A stretch of 64,000 nucleotides of DNA from Octopus vulgaris (lineage: Eukaryota): the NCBI GenBank assembly GCA_951406725.2, contig OX597820.1, forward strand, positions 22,940,001-23,004,000, read 5' to 3'. The position numbers and the translations under genes are program-made. The notes under the pieces were generated by a model. It made no database searches. It was not told the origin of the DNA and was given only the letters and a program-made list of their open reading frames with translations. This document shows, one piece after another, positions 36,996-50,646 of this stretch; the first letter of the stretch is position 1; each line of letters starts with the position of its first letter.

Positions 36996-37395
36996 TTACT
37001 CTTTTTATTCTTTTACTTGTTTCAGTCATTTGACTGTGGCCATGCTAGAGCACCGCCTTTAGTCGAGCAAATCAACCCCAGGACTTATTCTTTGTAAGCC
37101 TAGTACTTATTCTATCGGTTTCCTTTGCCGAACCGCTAAGTTACAGGGACGTAAACACACCAGCGTCGGTTGTCAAGCGATGGTGAGGGGGGGACAAACA
37201 CAGACATACAAACATATATATATATATACATATATACGACAGGCTTCTTTCAGTTTCTGTCTACCAAATCCACTCACAAGGCTTTGGTTGGCCCGAGGCT
37301 ATAGTAGAAGTCACTTGCCCAAGGTGCCACGCAGTGGGACTGAACCCAGAACCATGTGGTTGGTAAGCAGGCTACTTACCACACAGCCACTCCTG
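36996..37395 (-). mobile_element. SINE family B, young full-length copy
   Basis: CpG-rich and complete from tail to head. Confidence 0.94.
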
Positions 37396-37985
37396 TTCTC
37401 CTCATTGAATGGAAGTAGCCAAGAATGAAAAAAAAAACTTATGGTAGCTATGAAGTTATAACTAAGTGATGAACAACACTTCAACGCAATTTCAGAGTCA
37501 TTTTAATCTACACAGGGGAAATGACAAGTTCCTTAAGACACTGAAGAAGGCTTAATAACCCAGGTAAATTAAAGGTGTTAAAAATTATGAGTCTGCTTCC
37601 TTGACTTCACATAGCAAGAACAAAGCCTTGATGAAAATTATCAGGAAAAAAAAAAAGAATTTGCTTTCTTAAGTTTTATTTAAAGAAATCAAAGTTAATT
37701 AAACTCTTGTGGCTAATAGTATTTTTCTCCAAAAATCAACAGTAAATTGCTCCAAAGAATTACACTGAGCTATTACTATATGTGATAGTATTTCTTAAGG
37801 ATATCTTCTTAAAAACAAATGGAGTCAAATGTAATTAATTGCATGATTCTACTAAGATCTCAGAAGGCAATCAAGGCTCTTAAGGGCTAATAATAAAATC
37901 TCAATGCTATATATACACTAGGTTAGTTTATAAAAATAACATGAAATTTAATGCAAACAAGTTTCAAATTCTATTTATTAATCTC

Positions 37986-38104
37986 CAAACACACAAATAC
38001 ATACACAGTGGCTGTATACATACATTTGTATGGCCATATATATATACATGCATGTATGCTTGTTTGTTATTTGCTAGTCTAAACAAGCAGGGCTCTTCAC
38101 ATAT
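37986..38104. repeat. Dispersed direct duplication, copy 1 (copy 2 at 39173-39287)
   Basis: Last 65 nt identical between the two copies. Confidence 0.93.
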
Positions 38105-38334
38105 CTAACAGATAATACTAGAAAAATACAAATCTCCTTAATAAAAAAAAAAAACGTATGAAGTATTTTGAGTGATCTATCCTTTCAAGTGCATACCATG
38201 GAGCATCAAACAAAACAGATCATCATAACATAGCACAGAATCATGTGAGCTCTCAAGAAAACAGTTTTTCTGCTAGTAGAATGAAAACCTCTGTTTTAGA
38301 GCTTTTCTGCCGTTGAGTCTATCAATAATAATAA

Positions 38335-38547
38335 TCCTTTCTATTACAGGTACAAAGCCTGAAATTTAGGAGGAGGAGGAGGAGAGCTAGTTGATTACAT
38401 CAACCCCTGGTGTGTAACTAGTTCCTATTTCATCAACCCCAAAAGGATGAAAGGCAAAGTTGACCTTGGTGGAATTTGAACTCAGAACATGAATTACCAT
38501 TAATCATTTTGCCCAGCATGCTAACGATTCTGCCAGCTTGCTGCCTC
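38335..38547 (-). mobile_element. SINE family A within (AAT)n
   Basis: Full match; tcaataataataa on both flanks. Confidence 0.9.
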
Positions 38548-39172
38548 AATAATAATAAATTGAAGAAATATAACACTGCCATTCAAAAAGTGGTTCTTTT
38601 AAATGACTCTTACTTGTATGTATACCATCCTCATTAACACCATAGGTTAGCATTTCCTTTTCCAAGACAACACAGATTAGATGGAATCTTCCAAATAGTA
38701 ACTGTGTCAATGAGACACAAAATTTTCTAATTTGATCAAATAACTTCTTTCTAAGACTTCTTTAAGCTTCATTTCTAAGTTTCTTTCACTACAAATGCAT
38801 GATACTTATTCAAACACCTTTTCATAATTGATTTATATATCTCATCCAAACAGGTATAATCTTGTATCTGTACATACCGGCCACTGTGTTACATATCCAA
38901 AAGCTTGTACTGACCTTTTCTATTAAACTAACGAACAATGTAGACTCTATGTACTTATTAGCCAAGTCTTGTTTTCATTCAGTTGCACATTGACACCAGA
39001 TGGTTTCTCGTACACTTTTTTGTTGATAAAAGGAGTAGTTCTATAAACCTCTTCAATTATCCTCAAAGCACCAAATGATATGCTAACACTAGCACCAAAG
39101 TAACAGAAACTTGCATAACACTTTGAGAATGCCAGCAAAACATATACATGGGTTGTGTGGAATATATGCAAA

Positions 39173-39287
39173 CAAACACACGAACACATACACAGTGGAT
39201 GTATACATACATTTGTATGACCATATATACATGCATGTATGCTTGTTTGTTATTTGCTAGTCTAAACAAGCAGGGCTCTTCACATAT
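39173..39287. repeat. Dispersed direct duplication, copy 2
   Basis: See 37986-38104. Confidence 0.93.
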
Positions 39288-39745
39288 GATTTAGATTAAT
39301 GTACAAGATAGCTGACAGTCTCCAGAAAAAAGGAAAAAATTTTAAATATTTAATCTGAGACTTGGGAAGTGACAGGAACAAAAGGAGGCAGAGTGGGTGA
39401 TTAAAATGTACTAATTTATGGCAGTAGATTGTAAGAATGTCAGCATAGATGTTTGTGATATTTGTTCCAGCTCTTTGTGCTCTGAGTTCTTAACCTGTCA
39501 CCCACTTTAACACTACCACCAGGCACTTTCGGTGCCTTTAGTGGGATCCACTCTATTGCAAGTATTCAGGCCAGATTTCTGGTTTGAAAATGCCTTCCAT
39601 TAGTCTCCAGAGACCCTGTAATAGATTGTGGGTATTGTGTTCCCTCCTGCCTAAGATATTTACAGAAGAAAAAAAGATGATACAACTTAGCAGAGAATTA
39701 TGAAATGAAGACTGGCTTTTGAGGTGGACAGCTTATATTGAGAGT

Positions 39746-40163
39746 GTAGGTACATCCATGGCTGTGCAATCTAAGGTTCAGTCCCACTGCATGACACCTT
39801 GGGCAATGTCTTCTACTATAGCCTCTGGTCAACCAAAACCCCACGAGAGGCTTTGGAAAATGGAAACTGTATGAAGCCATGTGTGTGTGCACACATGTGC
39901 GTGTATGCATGCATGTGTTTCTCTTGGTATCAAATGATGGATGTAAACAAGTATCACCATCATACAGGCAGGGTTGTTCATTTTCAGTCTTCTGTGAAAA
40001 ACGTGTCTGGCTATGGAGAAATATTACCTTGCTTGGAAACAGGTGACAGTTGGCAAAATTAGTGTTAGCAACAGGAAGGGGATCTGGTCATAGATAATCT
40101 GCCCTAAATTCCACACAATCCATGCGAGCATGGGAAAGTGGACATTAAATAATGATGATGATG
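39746..40163 (+). mobile_element. SINE family G, near full length
   Basis: B-type head, G body, ccatgcgagcatgg...gacattaaataatgatgat tail. Confidence 0.85.
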
Positions 40164-41857
40164 TACCTGATGGATTTAATTATTCCAACAGTTTAAATTG
40201 CACTTTAAAGAAGGAAAAAAATATTTAGGCAGTTGTGAAGTGCTGAAGTATTTCCGAGTTTTCAAATGAAGTTAGCTTATGTGACACAGCCATGAACATG
40301 TGTGTCAAATGTGTGATAACCACGAAAATTTACAAGGGATTATTATAATGTAAAACAATAGCATTTGTATAGAGTGTAGTTATTTTAACTGTGTCACTTA
40401 TGAGTAGGGAAAATAATGTGTGGAGAGTTTTGCCTGAATTGTATAGTACTTGGTGGTGCAGTTAAATGAAACTAAGTTAAGTCTTAGTCAACTTTTCCAG
40501 ATATTTATATCTAAAGTGGAGTACAATGAAGGGCATGTGAGCTGAAAGTCAGAGAAGTATTAGGCTGTGTCAGACTGTGTGTAGGAGCACTTAGAAATTA
40601 CTGTAGTATGTTGTCAAAGTGTATAAGAAAAATCATATTTTGTTGATAGAATGAAGGAAGATATTTAACTTATATTGATAAACTAAGAAAGCAGGAAGAA
40701 AGCTTCAACAGCAAATGGTGCAATAATACAAACTAAGAGAAAGTTTCCAATCCAAGTTAATAGTTTCTAATAGACTTTAATAGGATGATAACTAACTTTG
40801 CCAGAAGAATATAATGCCAGAAACAAACAAGGAATTTGTTTACATAAACATTTCTCTTGCCAAGGCTTCTAAGGACACAAAAAAAAAACCCACCGGTATG
40901 GAAAAGATGGGGTGGGGGGAGAAATAAGAAAAGAGAGCAAAAGGTGGAAAAGAAAAAAAAGTTGATTTCTATGAGACAAATTTCTAATTCATAGAATAAT
41001 ACATTATTGATTAATTCCAGCTGTAAGGTAGACACATACACTTGAAATAAAAATCCAATATCCTTTAGGTAAATTTCCCAGACACATAGGCGCGTGCACA
41101 CACACACACCAGTTGTTGAAACAGATTGAAAGTAGTTGTACACTCACATCAATTGTCCGACTAAGATATCTTTTAAATTAGTGATCCAAAGATGAAATGT
41201 CTATGCCCATGGGAAGCAAAATAATTCTAGAAGATAAGCAGGATGGTAGAACATGGCTAGAGGAAGTTCATAAAATTAAGCTTAACGTAATTGATGACAA
41301 TGCATGGTCAAAAACAAGAGTTTCATATTGATGAAAATACAGGTGGTACATTCTGTGGACCACAGGTGCTGCACATCAGACAAACATGCTGTCGTGTCAT
41401 ATGCCGTAAACCTTTCCATGACTAAATGAAGTATGGGTAGAGTTTCAAAATTAACTAAAACACAAATAATTTGAAAGGATTTAGTAAAATAACATTTTCA
41501 CATCACTAAAGAGGTGTTTGGAACACAACAAACAATTCTTTACATAAAATGGTGACACTTTAAAATAGGTAGGTTTTGTACCCCAGGATGAGAAGCAATC
41601 TCACATGGATTGGCAAGGTGATTAACAGGGTGGTTTTACGCTGTGTACATTATTTGAAAGATCTATAACATACACAGGGCTAGTTGATCACACTGGGAAG
41701 CAAACCTAAAATGAAAGCCACCAAATATGCTAAGCTTTTAGGCTTGTCTGGAACACCACACACGATTGATTTATGGAGTTCATGGCAGTACAGGCTTGTT
41801 CCAACCAGTTTTCTGTGTAATCTTTCGAAATGACTAAGTGGTGACTGAGACAATTAA

Positions 41858-42061
41858 CCCATTTGATACCAACCTGCTTTGAAAACACTCCTTACTCTAT
41901 GACACAAACTTCCTGTTTAAAAGAGATGGAAGTTAAAACCTTCCAGCTCAAGTTTCATGTTCATTTATACTTCTATTCAATTCTTCATTATTTTTTCAAA
42001 TTAATTTAAACAAAGGCAGCATATTTCAACAGAAATATTAAAAAAAAAAAAAAAAAAAGGG
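41858..42061. mobile_element. piggyBac-type MITE P1, reverse orientation (a more decayed forward copy lies at about 41410-41620)
   Basis: TTAA|cccatttgataccaacctg ... aaaaggg|TTAA. Confidence 0.68.
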
Positions 42062-42324
42062 TTAAAGGCTGGTGTCATGTGAACTCAATTCAGGTTTTTC
42101 AATCCAGCACAAAGTTTGGGGCTAAAGAGGAAATGAAGAAATATGAAACTTAGCCCTGAAAACCACACTGAACAAAAGCAAATAAGCCAAGTAGTTTCCA
42201 ACAAATCCTGAAAGAAGCAATTGAGTTGTGAGGTGTGAAAAACAATTAGCTTCTGTAGAGTGGTATTATAAGAGAAGGTGTTCCTTTGCCAAGATATCAA
42301 ATCCAGGCCCCTGAGTTCATTATC

Positions 42325-42701
42325 ATTTATCTTTTACTTGTTTCAGTCACTGGACCATAGCCATGCTGGGGCACTGTCATGAAAGGTGTAGTTGAACAAA
42401 ATGACCTGATACTTATTTTTAAAGTATGATGCTTATTCTATCAGTCTCTTTTACTGAACTGCTAAGTTATGGGAATATAAACAAACCAACACAGGTTGTC
42501 ATGGTGGGGTACAAACACATACACACACACACGTGTGCATGACATGATTCCATATAGTTTCTATCGACCAAATTTAATGACAAGACATTGATTGACCCAG
42601 GGCTATAGTAAATGACACTTGCTCAAGGAGCCATGCAGTGGGACTGAACCCAAAACCATGTGGTTACAAAGCAAATTTCTTAACCACACAGCCATGCCTG
42701 C
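42325..42701 (-). mobile_element. SINE family B
   Basis: Full match in reverse orientation. Confidence 0.88.
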
Positions 42702-45399
42702 TATATATACATTATCTGTAAATTGAAGTGTATCCGTTACATCTAGAAAATTACCGGAAAAGATAAAAATAAAGACATATAACATCCTTCAATTTAGGAT
42801 AGGTTAATGAGAAAGACATTGTAGAAGATTGTAATAAGTAACATGCCATTTTGATTTTAGTAAATGTTTAAGTAAATCACTTTCTCACTGTAGATAAGTT
42901 AAAAATTCTTAATAATATATAAGTAGTCATAAACAACAAGCCTTATAAGATTAGATAATAACCAGATCAATTCTTGGAAGAGAAGAAATTCAAAAGTAAA
43001 CCCTGAATATAGAGTAAACCTGCCTTGAACATATATTAAATGATAAACTGCTATAATATAGTAATTCTCTGCATGGTGCCAGCCTCTTCGTCTTCACTAT
43101 CTTTACTACAGAAATTTGAAAGTGAAACTACTACACATTTAAATTAAAGCAGATTTCACCTCCACCCACTGTCATGTTAGATACATTCACAGAAAATTAC
43201 ATAGTCTGAGACAAACGTGAAGGAAGATCACCTGATACAAAATGAGATACAGCAATAATGGTTTATGAATTACTTTTTCGATGGTGCTCAGCTTGAATGG
43301 ATGTAAGTCTAAGGGAACAAACAGTACCAGCGAGAATTAACTTGGAACCAAGATGGACAAACCTAAATACATTTTAATTGATCTGTTCTTTTAGTCTTCT
43401 TCAACACTGTGATAAAACTAAATATATTTACTACTATTTAAGTAGGAGTTCCATTCAACTGTTACATTTCAGAATGTTATAAATAGAATATTTTAACTAT
43501 ACAGTTCACAACCATAATCAAGCAAAGTGCTATTAACTAGACTGATATTGTGACAATTTATTATGTAAACTTTATTTATTTACACACATACACACACACA
43601 TTTCTATTTATATCCCTCCACAATGGCAGGAACTGAATGCACATTTTGTTTTTATCAATTTCCAAGGGTTAAAATTAAATGATCCAGACAGTGAACCTCT
43701 ATGCAAGAGATGGGTACCATCTTGCCCACAGGCAAAATTTCACCTGCACTCAAATTCAAAACCTCCTTGCAGACAAAGTTTCTAAAAATAAATGGAAAAA
43801 AAAATAATAAAACTGGTTTAAGCTTTAATAGCAAGCAATAATTTAATATAAGTTGCTTAGCTATAAAAATATAAAACTGACAATCTATTGTATTTCTCAG
43901 CAAAGAAATTCCTTGAGAAATTCTCATACACTTGCATTTATTCCTATTACTAAAATGGTTTCCCACCTCAGCTCTATGCAATCATTCAACTTGCTAGAAA
44001 TAACAACCAAATCCCCCACAAATCACATACTTAAAATGGAAGGACACATAGGATAATAGAGTCCAAGCTACATTTTGTAAGGAAGGGGTGGAGTAGGGGA
44101 GTGAGTGGAAGAGACCAAGGATCTGAGGTGGAAAAACCTTTCTTTGATCAGAACAGAACAGGGACACCACACGAGAGAGAGTCAAGTACCAGGTGACCTG
44201 TAAGTGTCATTTTTTTTTAAAGATAAAAATGCAATTAAAAATGCTGCCTTACTTAAGGAAACACCCAGTAATGACATTGTTAAAGATGTTATCTTTACAG
44301 AAATTAATGCCCTCCCACCACCATCATCACTACTCTGCAATATAAGTGTTGTATTAATATCCAAGCCTCACCACACACACATATATATATATATATATAT
44401 GGGTTACTTTTACCAAGGCACAAGCAGTACTATCTTTCCTTTATAAGAAATAATAAAAAGCTTTTACAGATCCATAGTGAAGGAGGTTAAATACATCTAA
44501 GAAAGAACAGATTTTCTTCTTCTTCACTTCCTTAAAAACCAATATCTTGTTCTCGCTGTCTGTCTGTCTGTCTGTGTCTCATACACATGACCCCGAAAAG
44601 CCTATGATATTTTTAGATTCATTTTCTATTTTCCAACAAAATAAAAACAAAATTGAAGCTCTATTATACTATTGTACTTCTACCATAATCCAATCAGAGA
44701 AACAAAATTAAGCTCTTTTTTTTGTTTTGTTTTGTTTTTTCATTTTTAAATCACAGAATATTTTAGATGGATGAAGAAAATGAATTGGAACATAAAAACT
44801 ATGGACAAATTAGTCATCATCAAATTTTGTTTCCATTAAAAATTAAATAATAGAAAGCAACAATATTCAGAAGTATTTTGAAAAGACATAAGGTTTAAAT
44901 TAAAGAAAGCTATCAACCGCTTTACACATCTCTAGAATTTCCTCATCCTATTGCTAACAACAGGAAATCCAACACAGCCAATATATTTACAGATTACATT
45001 GATTTTCTTACATTGGCACAAAGCCATAAATTTAATAAAGAGACAGTTGACTGGACGAACCCTGTGTATATTACTGGTATTTGATCAAACCTGGAGGGAG
45101 AGGGCAAAAATCAACGCCAGCAGGATTTGGAATTTAGAATGTAAACCTTAACTAATGCAAGACATTTTGGCCAGTATTGTAGTACCAATTCTGTCTGCCA
45201 TCCACTACTCTTTCACATTACAGTATTGATTTAACATCCACTTCCTGTAAAATTATATCCGATGAGTAATATCCAAACATTTATTTCATTTAGTCTGCAT
45301 TGAATAACAGAACAACAACATCAACAAAAGTACAAACTAAAATAATTTATAATAATTTGTCTTTATTCATTTCGTTTTTTTTTTTCTTTTTTTGTCTGT

Positions 45400-46210
45400 T
45401 ACAATTAAGGTTCATACGAGAATGAACAAACAACAAACACAACAGGTACCAGGTAAGATTTTTTTTTTTATCATGAGAGGTGTTTCCTACAGAGGTAGCA
45501 GGATTTTCTAGAAAAGTCCACTTCTGAAGAGAAAGAATGTGTAAACTGAAATGGCAGTTGGGTCCCAGTAGCTACCCCCACCACCACCACCACCACCTTC
45601 CTCCCCCTCATCCTATCCACCCCCCCCCCACCGAGTCAAGTGATACGAAGGAGTAACACAGCAAGAATGGATTGTGTTAGCAGCAGTGACTGTAGTCCTC
45701 TTATTAGTGATACAGCGATGGCAAGTGTGGTAGTGGCATTAGCAGTAGTAACAGTAGTAGTAGCAGTACAAGTGTACACTGTACACAAAATAGCAGCATC
45801 ACATGAATAAGGAGAGACGGTGGGGGGGGTGGGGGAGAAGGAGGGCAGAGACAGACAGACAGACAGACAGACAGAGAGGCTTTTGCTAAATACACTTTGA
45901 CAAAGCTAATTGTTGCTACACACTATAATGTATGGAAAGAAATCCAAGTTGAGTTGTCGGAGAGCGAGCGGGTGCAGCAGAGGGGGGGGGGGTGCCCCCT
46001 TCCCCACCCACCCCGGACACCCCACTCCCAATAACATTTGAAAAGCAGTTTAGCTATTATCATCATGATCAGTCAGTGAAACTTAACATTTTCCAATTGC
46101 TATCAAATCTTCAGTTACAATACAACTAGCTCCATTCAACACTGTGCTGCCATCACAGATAGTGGGAGGCTGACAAGCCGGCAAGAAGATGAACAGCAAG
46201 TTTTATATAT
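45400..46210. promoter_or_regulatory. Candidate regulatory or promoter-like island (G/C runs, TE-poor)
   Basis: Locally GC-richer with poly-G/poly-C and (AGAC)n tracts inside a stretch almost free of SINEs; no specific motif established. Confidence 0.25.
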
Positions 46211-46597
46211 ATATATAAAAAAAAAGATAAATTTTAAAACAATGAAATGAAGAAAATTTTTTTTTCCTTTTACACTATGGTCTTTTTTATTTTTCATTTT
46301 TTCAATGAATAGTTAAGTAACAGAAGGAAAGTCACAATCGAAAGTGGATTAATAAAAACTGAGGTAATAACAAAATATATATATATATATATATCGTTAT
46401 CAGGACATTAGAAGAAAAAAATCTGGTATTGAACAGATCATTAAAGATAATCAGATCACTTAAATAGATTGTAATTAATCAAAAACAATTTATCATAAAT
46501 GGTGTGTGTGTGTGTGTATGTGTGTGTCTATTTCATGATAGATTTGTGAGTAAGCAAGTGCAACTATATGTATGGAGTAATGAGGTCTGTGAGAGGG

Positions 46598-46640
46598 TAA
46601 TAATAATAATAATAATTATTATTATTATTATTATTATTAT
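46598..46640. repeat. (AAT)n(ATT)n self-complementary microsatellite
   Basis: Direct reading. Confidence 0.95.
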
Positions 46641-47583
46641 AAATACGAGAGGCAGGAGCAAATATTAGCTCAACACTATTAAAGAAATCAGCCTTTATTT
46701 TATCAATAAAACACATAGCAACTGACAGAACAGTAAAATGGAATTAAAATAATATAAATTATAAGAGGGTTCCTTCCAAAGTACTAAACTGATTGCTATA
46801 GTGATTTCAGAAGAAATCAGAGAATCGATGAAGTTAAAACAACCAAAATATTTCATGCAGTTTAACTGCAAAAATAATTTGAATTCCAAATAAATTTTTT
46901 TTTTCCAACAACACTATTTGATATTTCAGATTTTCATCAACTCTTATTTTTACCCCATTTACAATAAAAGAGGGGGGAAAAAAATTAAATTTAGATGAAG
47001 CATTTTTTTTTTCATTCATTCATTCATTTTCATTCATTCATTCATTCATTCACTCACAGGAAAAGGGTAGGTAAACTTTGTGTAACATTAAATCATTAAG
47101 GTGATAGATCTATTATATTATCCAGTTTGTTAATAACAAGTGAATTTATAATCACAACCCTAAATGTGTTTCGGTAATAATGATCTTGGTGTAAGCATAC
47201 TTTATTAACTACTAAATCATCATTACATTATTTAACAATCTGTGGAAGGCACTGCATTAAAAATAGCTTAACATATCATGTGATGCTATTCTCTCCTACG
47301 GACCAAATCATTATCTAAACCGTTTTATATTATAATTACTCAAGGAAAAAATATCGATGCTTATATTAAGCCTACATAAATGCTATATTACATCATTTAA
47401 ATAGCATAAAATCTATCAAGATTTTTGTTTAATTGCTATTTTATTTCTAAAAATAAATACATCAAGCACAAGAGGTTTTCTCGATTGTATATGTAAGATA
47501 TTTTTCTTTTCATGCATGCCTGTGTGCATGCACGTACTACGATTATGCACTTACACTCCATGGATGTGTAAGTGCACATCAGC

Positions 47584-47584
<1 letters not shown>

Positions 47585-47631
<47 letters not shown>
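47585..47631. repeat. (TA)n microsatellite
   Basis: Direct reading. Confidence 0.95.
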
Positions 47632-47634
<3 letters not shown>

Positions 47635-48720
47635 GCACACACAGTGATATATACATACATGCACGTATATACACAAAAGAACCTTATCTTCTACTACTGT
47701 ACTGCGTTAATGAATTATGGAGCTTTTAAGTAGAAATCAAAGCAGTATACTATTCTGGAAAGTAGGAGTGATGACGGCAAACAGTCATTCACTCTTTCTC
47801 TCCACCAGATAGTAGCACCAGCAGCAGAGAATGATTGGCTAATCTAGTACACACACACACACACACTATACCGGTAAAATGTGAAGCAAAATGATTCAAG
47901 GCACATGCTAATATATATAGTACTCGCTCACTACCTGTAACATATCACGGGGATGCAGTAACTGCAGTTAAATAGTGATTCAAACACAAGATGTTATTTT
48001 AATAGTTTTTTGAATACCATCTTTTTTTTTATATTATTATTATTATTATTATTATTATTTTTAGTTAAGATATATTTGAATTGAGTAAAAATATCTCTTT
48101 AAAGAATCTTTTAAAATGTAATATTCCAGTAAATACAATAAATGTGAGAAATATAAATAAATAAAACTTCAATTATTTTAAGAAAAAGAAGAAAAAAAAA
48201 AACTCAATTAAGTAATTAATAACGACTGGTCGGTTTGTCTGTTAGAAAGAAAATGTATCTGGCCAACTTTTGATAGAAATGCATGTGATGAAGAAGACAG
48301 CAAAGTCGGCCAACATAGAAAATTAGGCAATGACCTAAAAAAGATGGCTGTACTACCTAACAGAAGTGACCACACAGAGTAAAAAGCAAACCACATCAAT
48401 TTATTAAACACAGAATTTGGGAATATTGTCAAAACAGGAAATGAAAATGAAACTAAGTACATATCTTCATTCATATAAATGTACTGGTAATAATAACTAC
48501 TATCAGGAAGTATAATTGTATTATTACTGTTAAAAATAATTACGTTCCTCAACATAATTATGATTTTGTTGTCATTATTGTTTTGTATTTTTGTTTTTTT
48601 GTTTTTTTAATCTTTCATACTGTTTAATTTGTCGTCACCACCACCAAACCCAAATACAAGAAGACATTTAAGAAATAGCAATATATTCTTCTTTTGTAGT
48701 GATAATCAAAAGCATCTCCC

Positions 48721-48752
<32 letters not shown>

Positions 48753-48794
48753 AGATGAAGAAGAAGAACCAGCTTGAGCAAAAATTAATAATAA

Positions 48795-49205
48795 TTGTTC
48801 CAAATTTTGGCACAAGGTCAGCAACTTCAGGGGGGGGGGGTCAACTGATTACATTGATCCCAGTACCAATAGAATGAAAAGCAAAGCCACTAAGTTTTGT
48901 CTAATGACTATCAGCTCACCACACTAATGATAATAATTTCTTACAAGGAATCATTAATTTTTTTACAGACCAATAATAATAACCGTTTCTGACATAGGCA
49001 CAAGGCCTGAAATTTATGGGATGGGTGGGAGAGATTAACTCGGTTAAGTCAACCCAAGTTCATGACTGGTATGTTATTTTATTGAGCCTAAAAGGATGAA
49101 ATGCCAAGTCGACCTCGATGGGATTTGAACTCAGAACCTAAAGAGCCAGAGTACCACAAGCATTTTTTCCATTGTTATAACACTTCTGCAAATACACCAC
49201 CCATC
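48795..49205 (-). mobile_element. Two tandem SINE family A copies (about 48795-48925 and 48983-49205)
   Basis: Two tails (ggcacaagg) each followed by core and head remnants, with (AAT)n spacers. Confidence 0.8.
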
Positions 49206-49825
49206 CAATAAAAATCACAATAATTTCTTTATAAGAAACTGCTTTCTTTGAAAGCAGAAATCAGATCCATAAGTATTTTCAGTTAACAAATATTTACAAA
49301 AGACTAGAGGCTGAGTATGAATTATAGTTGGGATGTTACAAAGGCTCAAAAGAAACACTTACAGTTGACTAACGATATCTGTTTTGTTCAAGAACGAGAA
49401 CCAAAAATTTTATGATTTTTCCAAAAATCAAAGCCAGAAAAATTTTTGTGGAAAAATTTTTAAAAACGAAATTTACTGCTTCCATAAATCCACAAAACCG
49501 AACTTGGATTTTTTAAAGAATTTGTTTTTCTTAGAATAAACTTTCTTCAATAAAATTAAACAAAACTCAATTCCTTTGTGACCAAACTATTTTACATCGC
49601 ATTGTGAAACAAAATACCCCTCAATATCAATACATCCACAAACACAGATACTTCTCAGTAATTTGTTTTATAATTCAATCTGAATACAACTTTTAACCTT
49701 CAGCAAAATTACTATTAACCTTCAACAATTTATTCACATTATTACTTATAGTCAGCAAAACTGGACTATTCTTAACTGAAATTCACATATTTGAGAAGTC
49801 AGTTTCACATTTTCACTCAATAAAG

Positions 49826-50390
49826 ATAGGCACAGTCATGGTTGTGTGGTAAGAGATCTACTTCCCAACCACATGACTTCAGGCTCGGTCCCACTGCACC
49901 GCACGTTGGACAAGTGTCTTTTACTATAGCCCCAAGCTGACCAAAGCCATGTGAATGGATTTAATAGATGGACACTGAAAGAAGCCCATTGTAAGATATA
50001 TATATTTCAGGGTTGGGTCCCACAGAGGTAATGACAGACCTTTGGCATTATGTCATGCTTGAGAAGAAGAACCATCAGGTTGAGAAAAATCACAGTCGTG
50101 GCAGATACTAGTATCACACAAATGGCACCTGTGCCAGTAGCATGTAAAAGCATCCATTACACTCTCAGATTGGTTGGTGTTAGGAAGGGCATCCAGCCAT
50201 AGAAAATCGTACCAAATCAGACTGGAGTCTGGTGCAGCCTTCCAGCTTACCAGCCCTGGTCAAACAGTCCAACCCATGCCAGTATGGACAACAGATTGAT
50301 TGATTGATTGATTCCAGTTTCAGCTTATGAGCTGTGGCCATGCTGGGGCACCGCCATTGATAATAATGTATGATAATGATGATGATGATA
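49826..50390 (+). mobile_element. Composite SINE: family B head, unique linker, family C body and tail
   Basis: B head up to gaagcccattgt (about 49992), linker about 50008-50120, then C-type aaaagcatcc...gttaggaagggcatccagcc...aacccatgccagtatgg. Confidence 0.78.
50314..50358 (-). mobile_element. 45-nt retroposon tail-only insertion, second copy
   Basis: See 18573-18617; preceded on the + strand by (GATT)n. Confidence 0.8.
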
Positions 50391-50608
50391 GTATAAAGTC
50401 AGGGGGGTGTGAGAGATGAATATATATTCACCTAATTTTCTAAGGATTTTGGCTATTTTGAAACCTTCTTCATGTAGTATTTATTTCAGTATTCAAGAAA
50501 TTATGCATACATGATTTTGCATTATTATGTATACTCAGCATTATACAATTGTATATTTACAAATTAATGCAAAGAAAGAAAGCTAGCTCATCAGATCACC
50601 AGAACATC

Positions 50609-50609
<1 letters not shown>

Positions 50610-50646
<37 letters not shown>

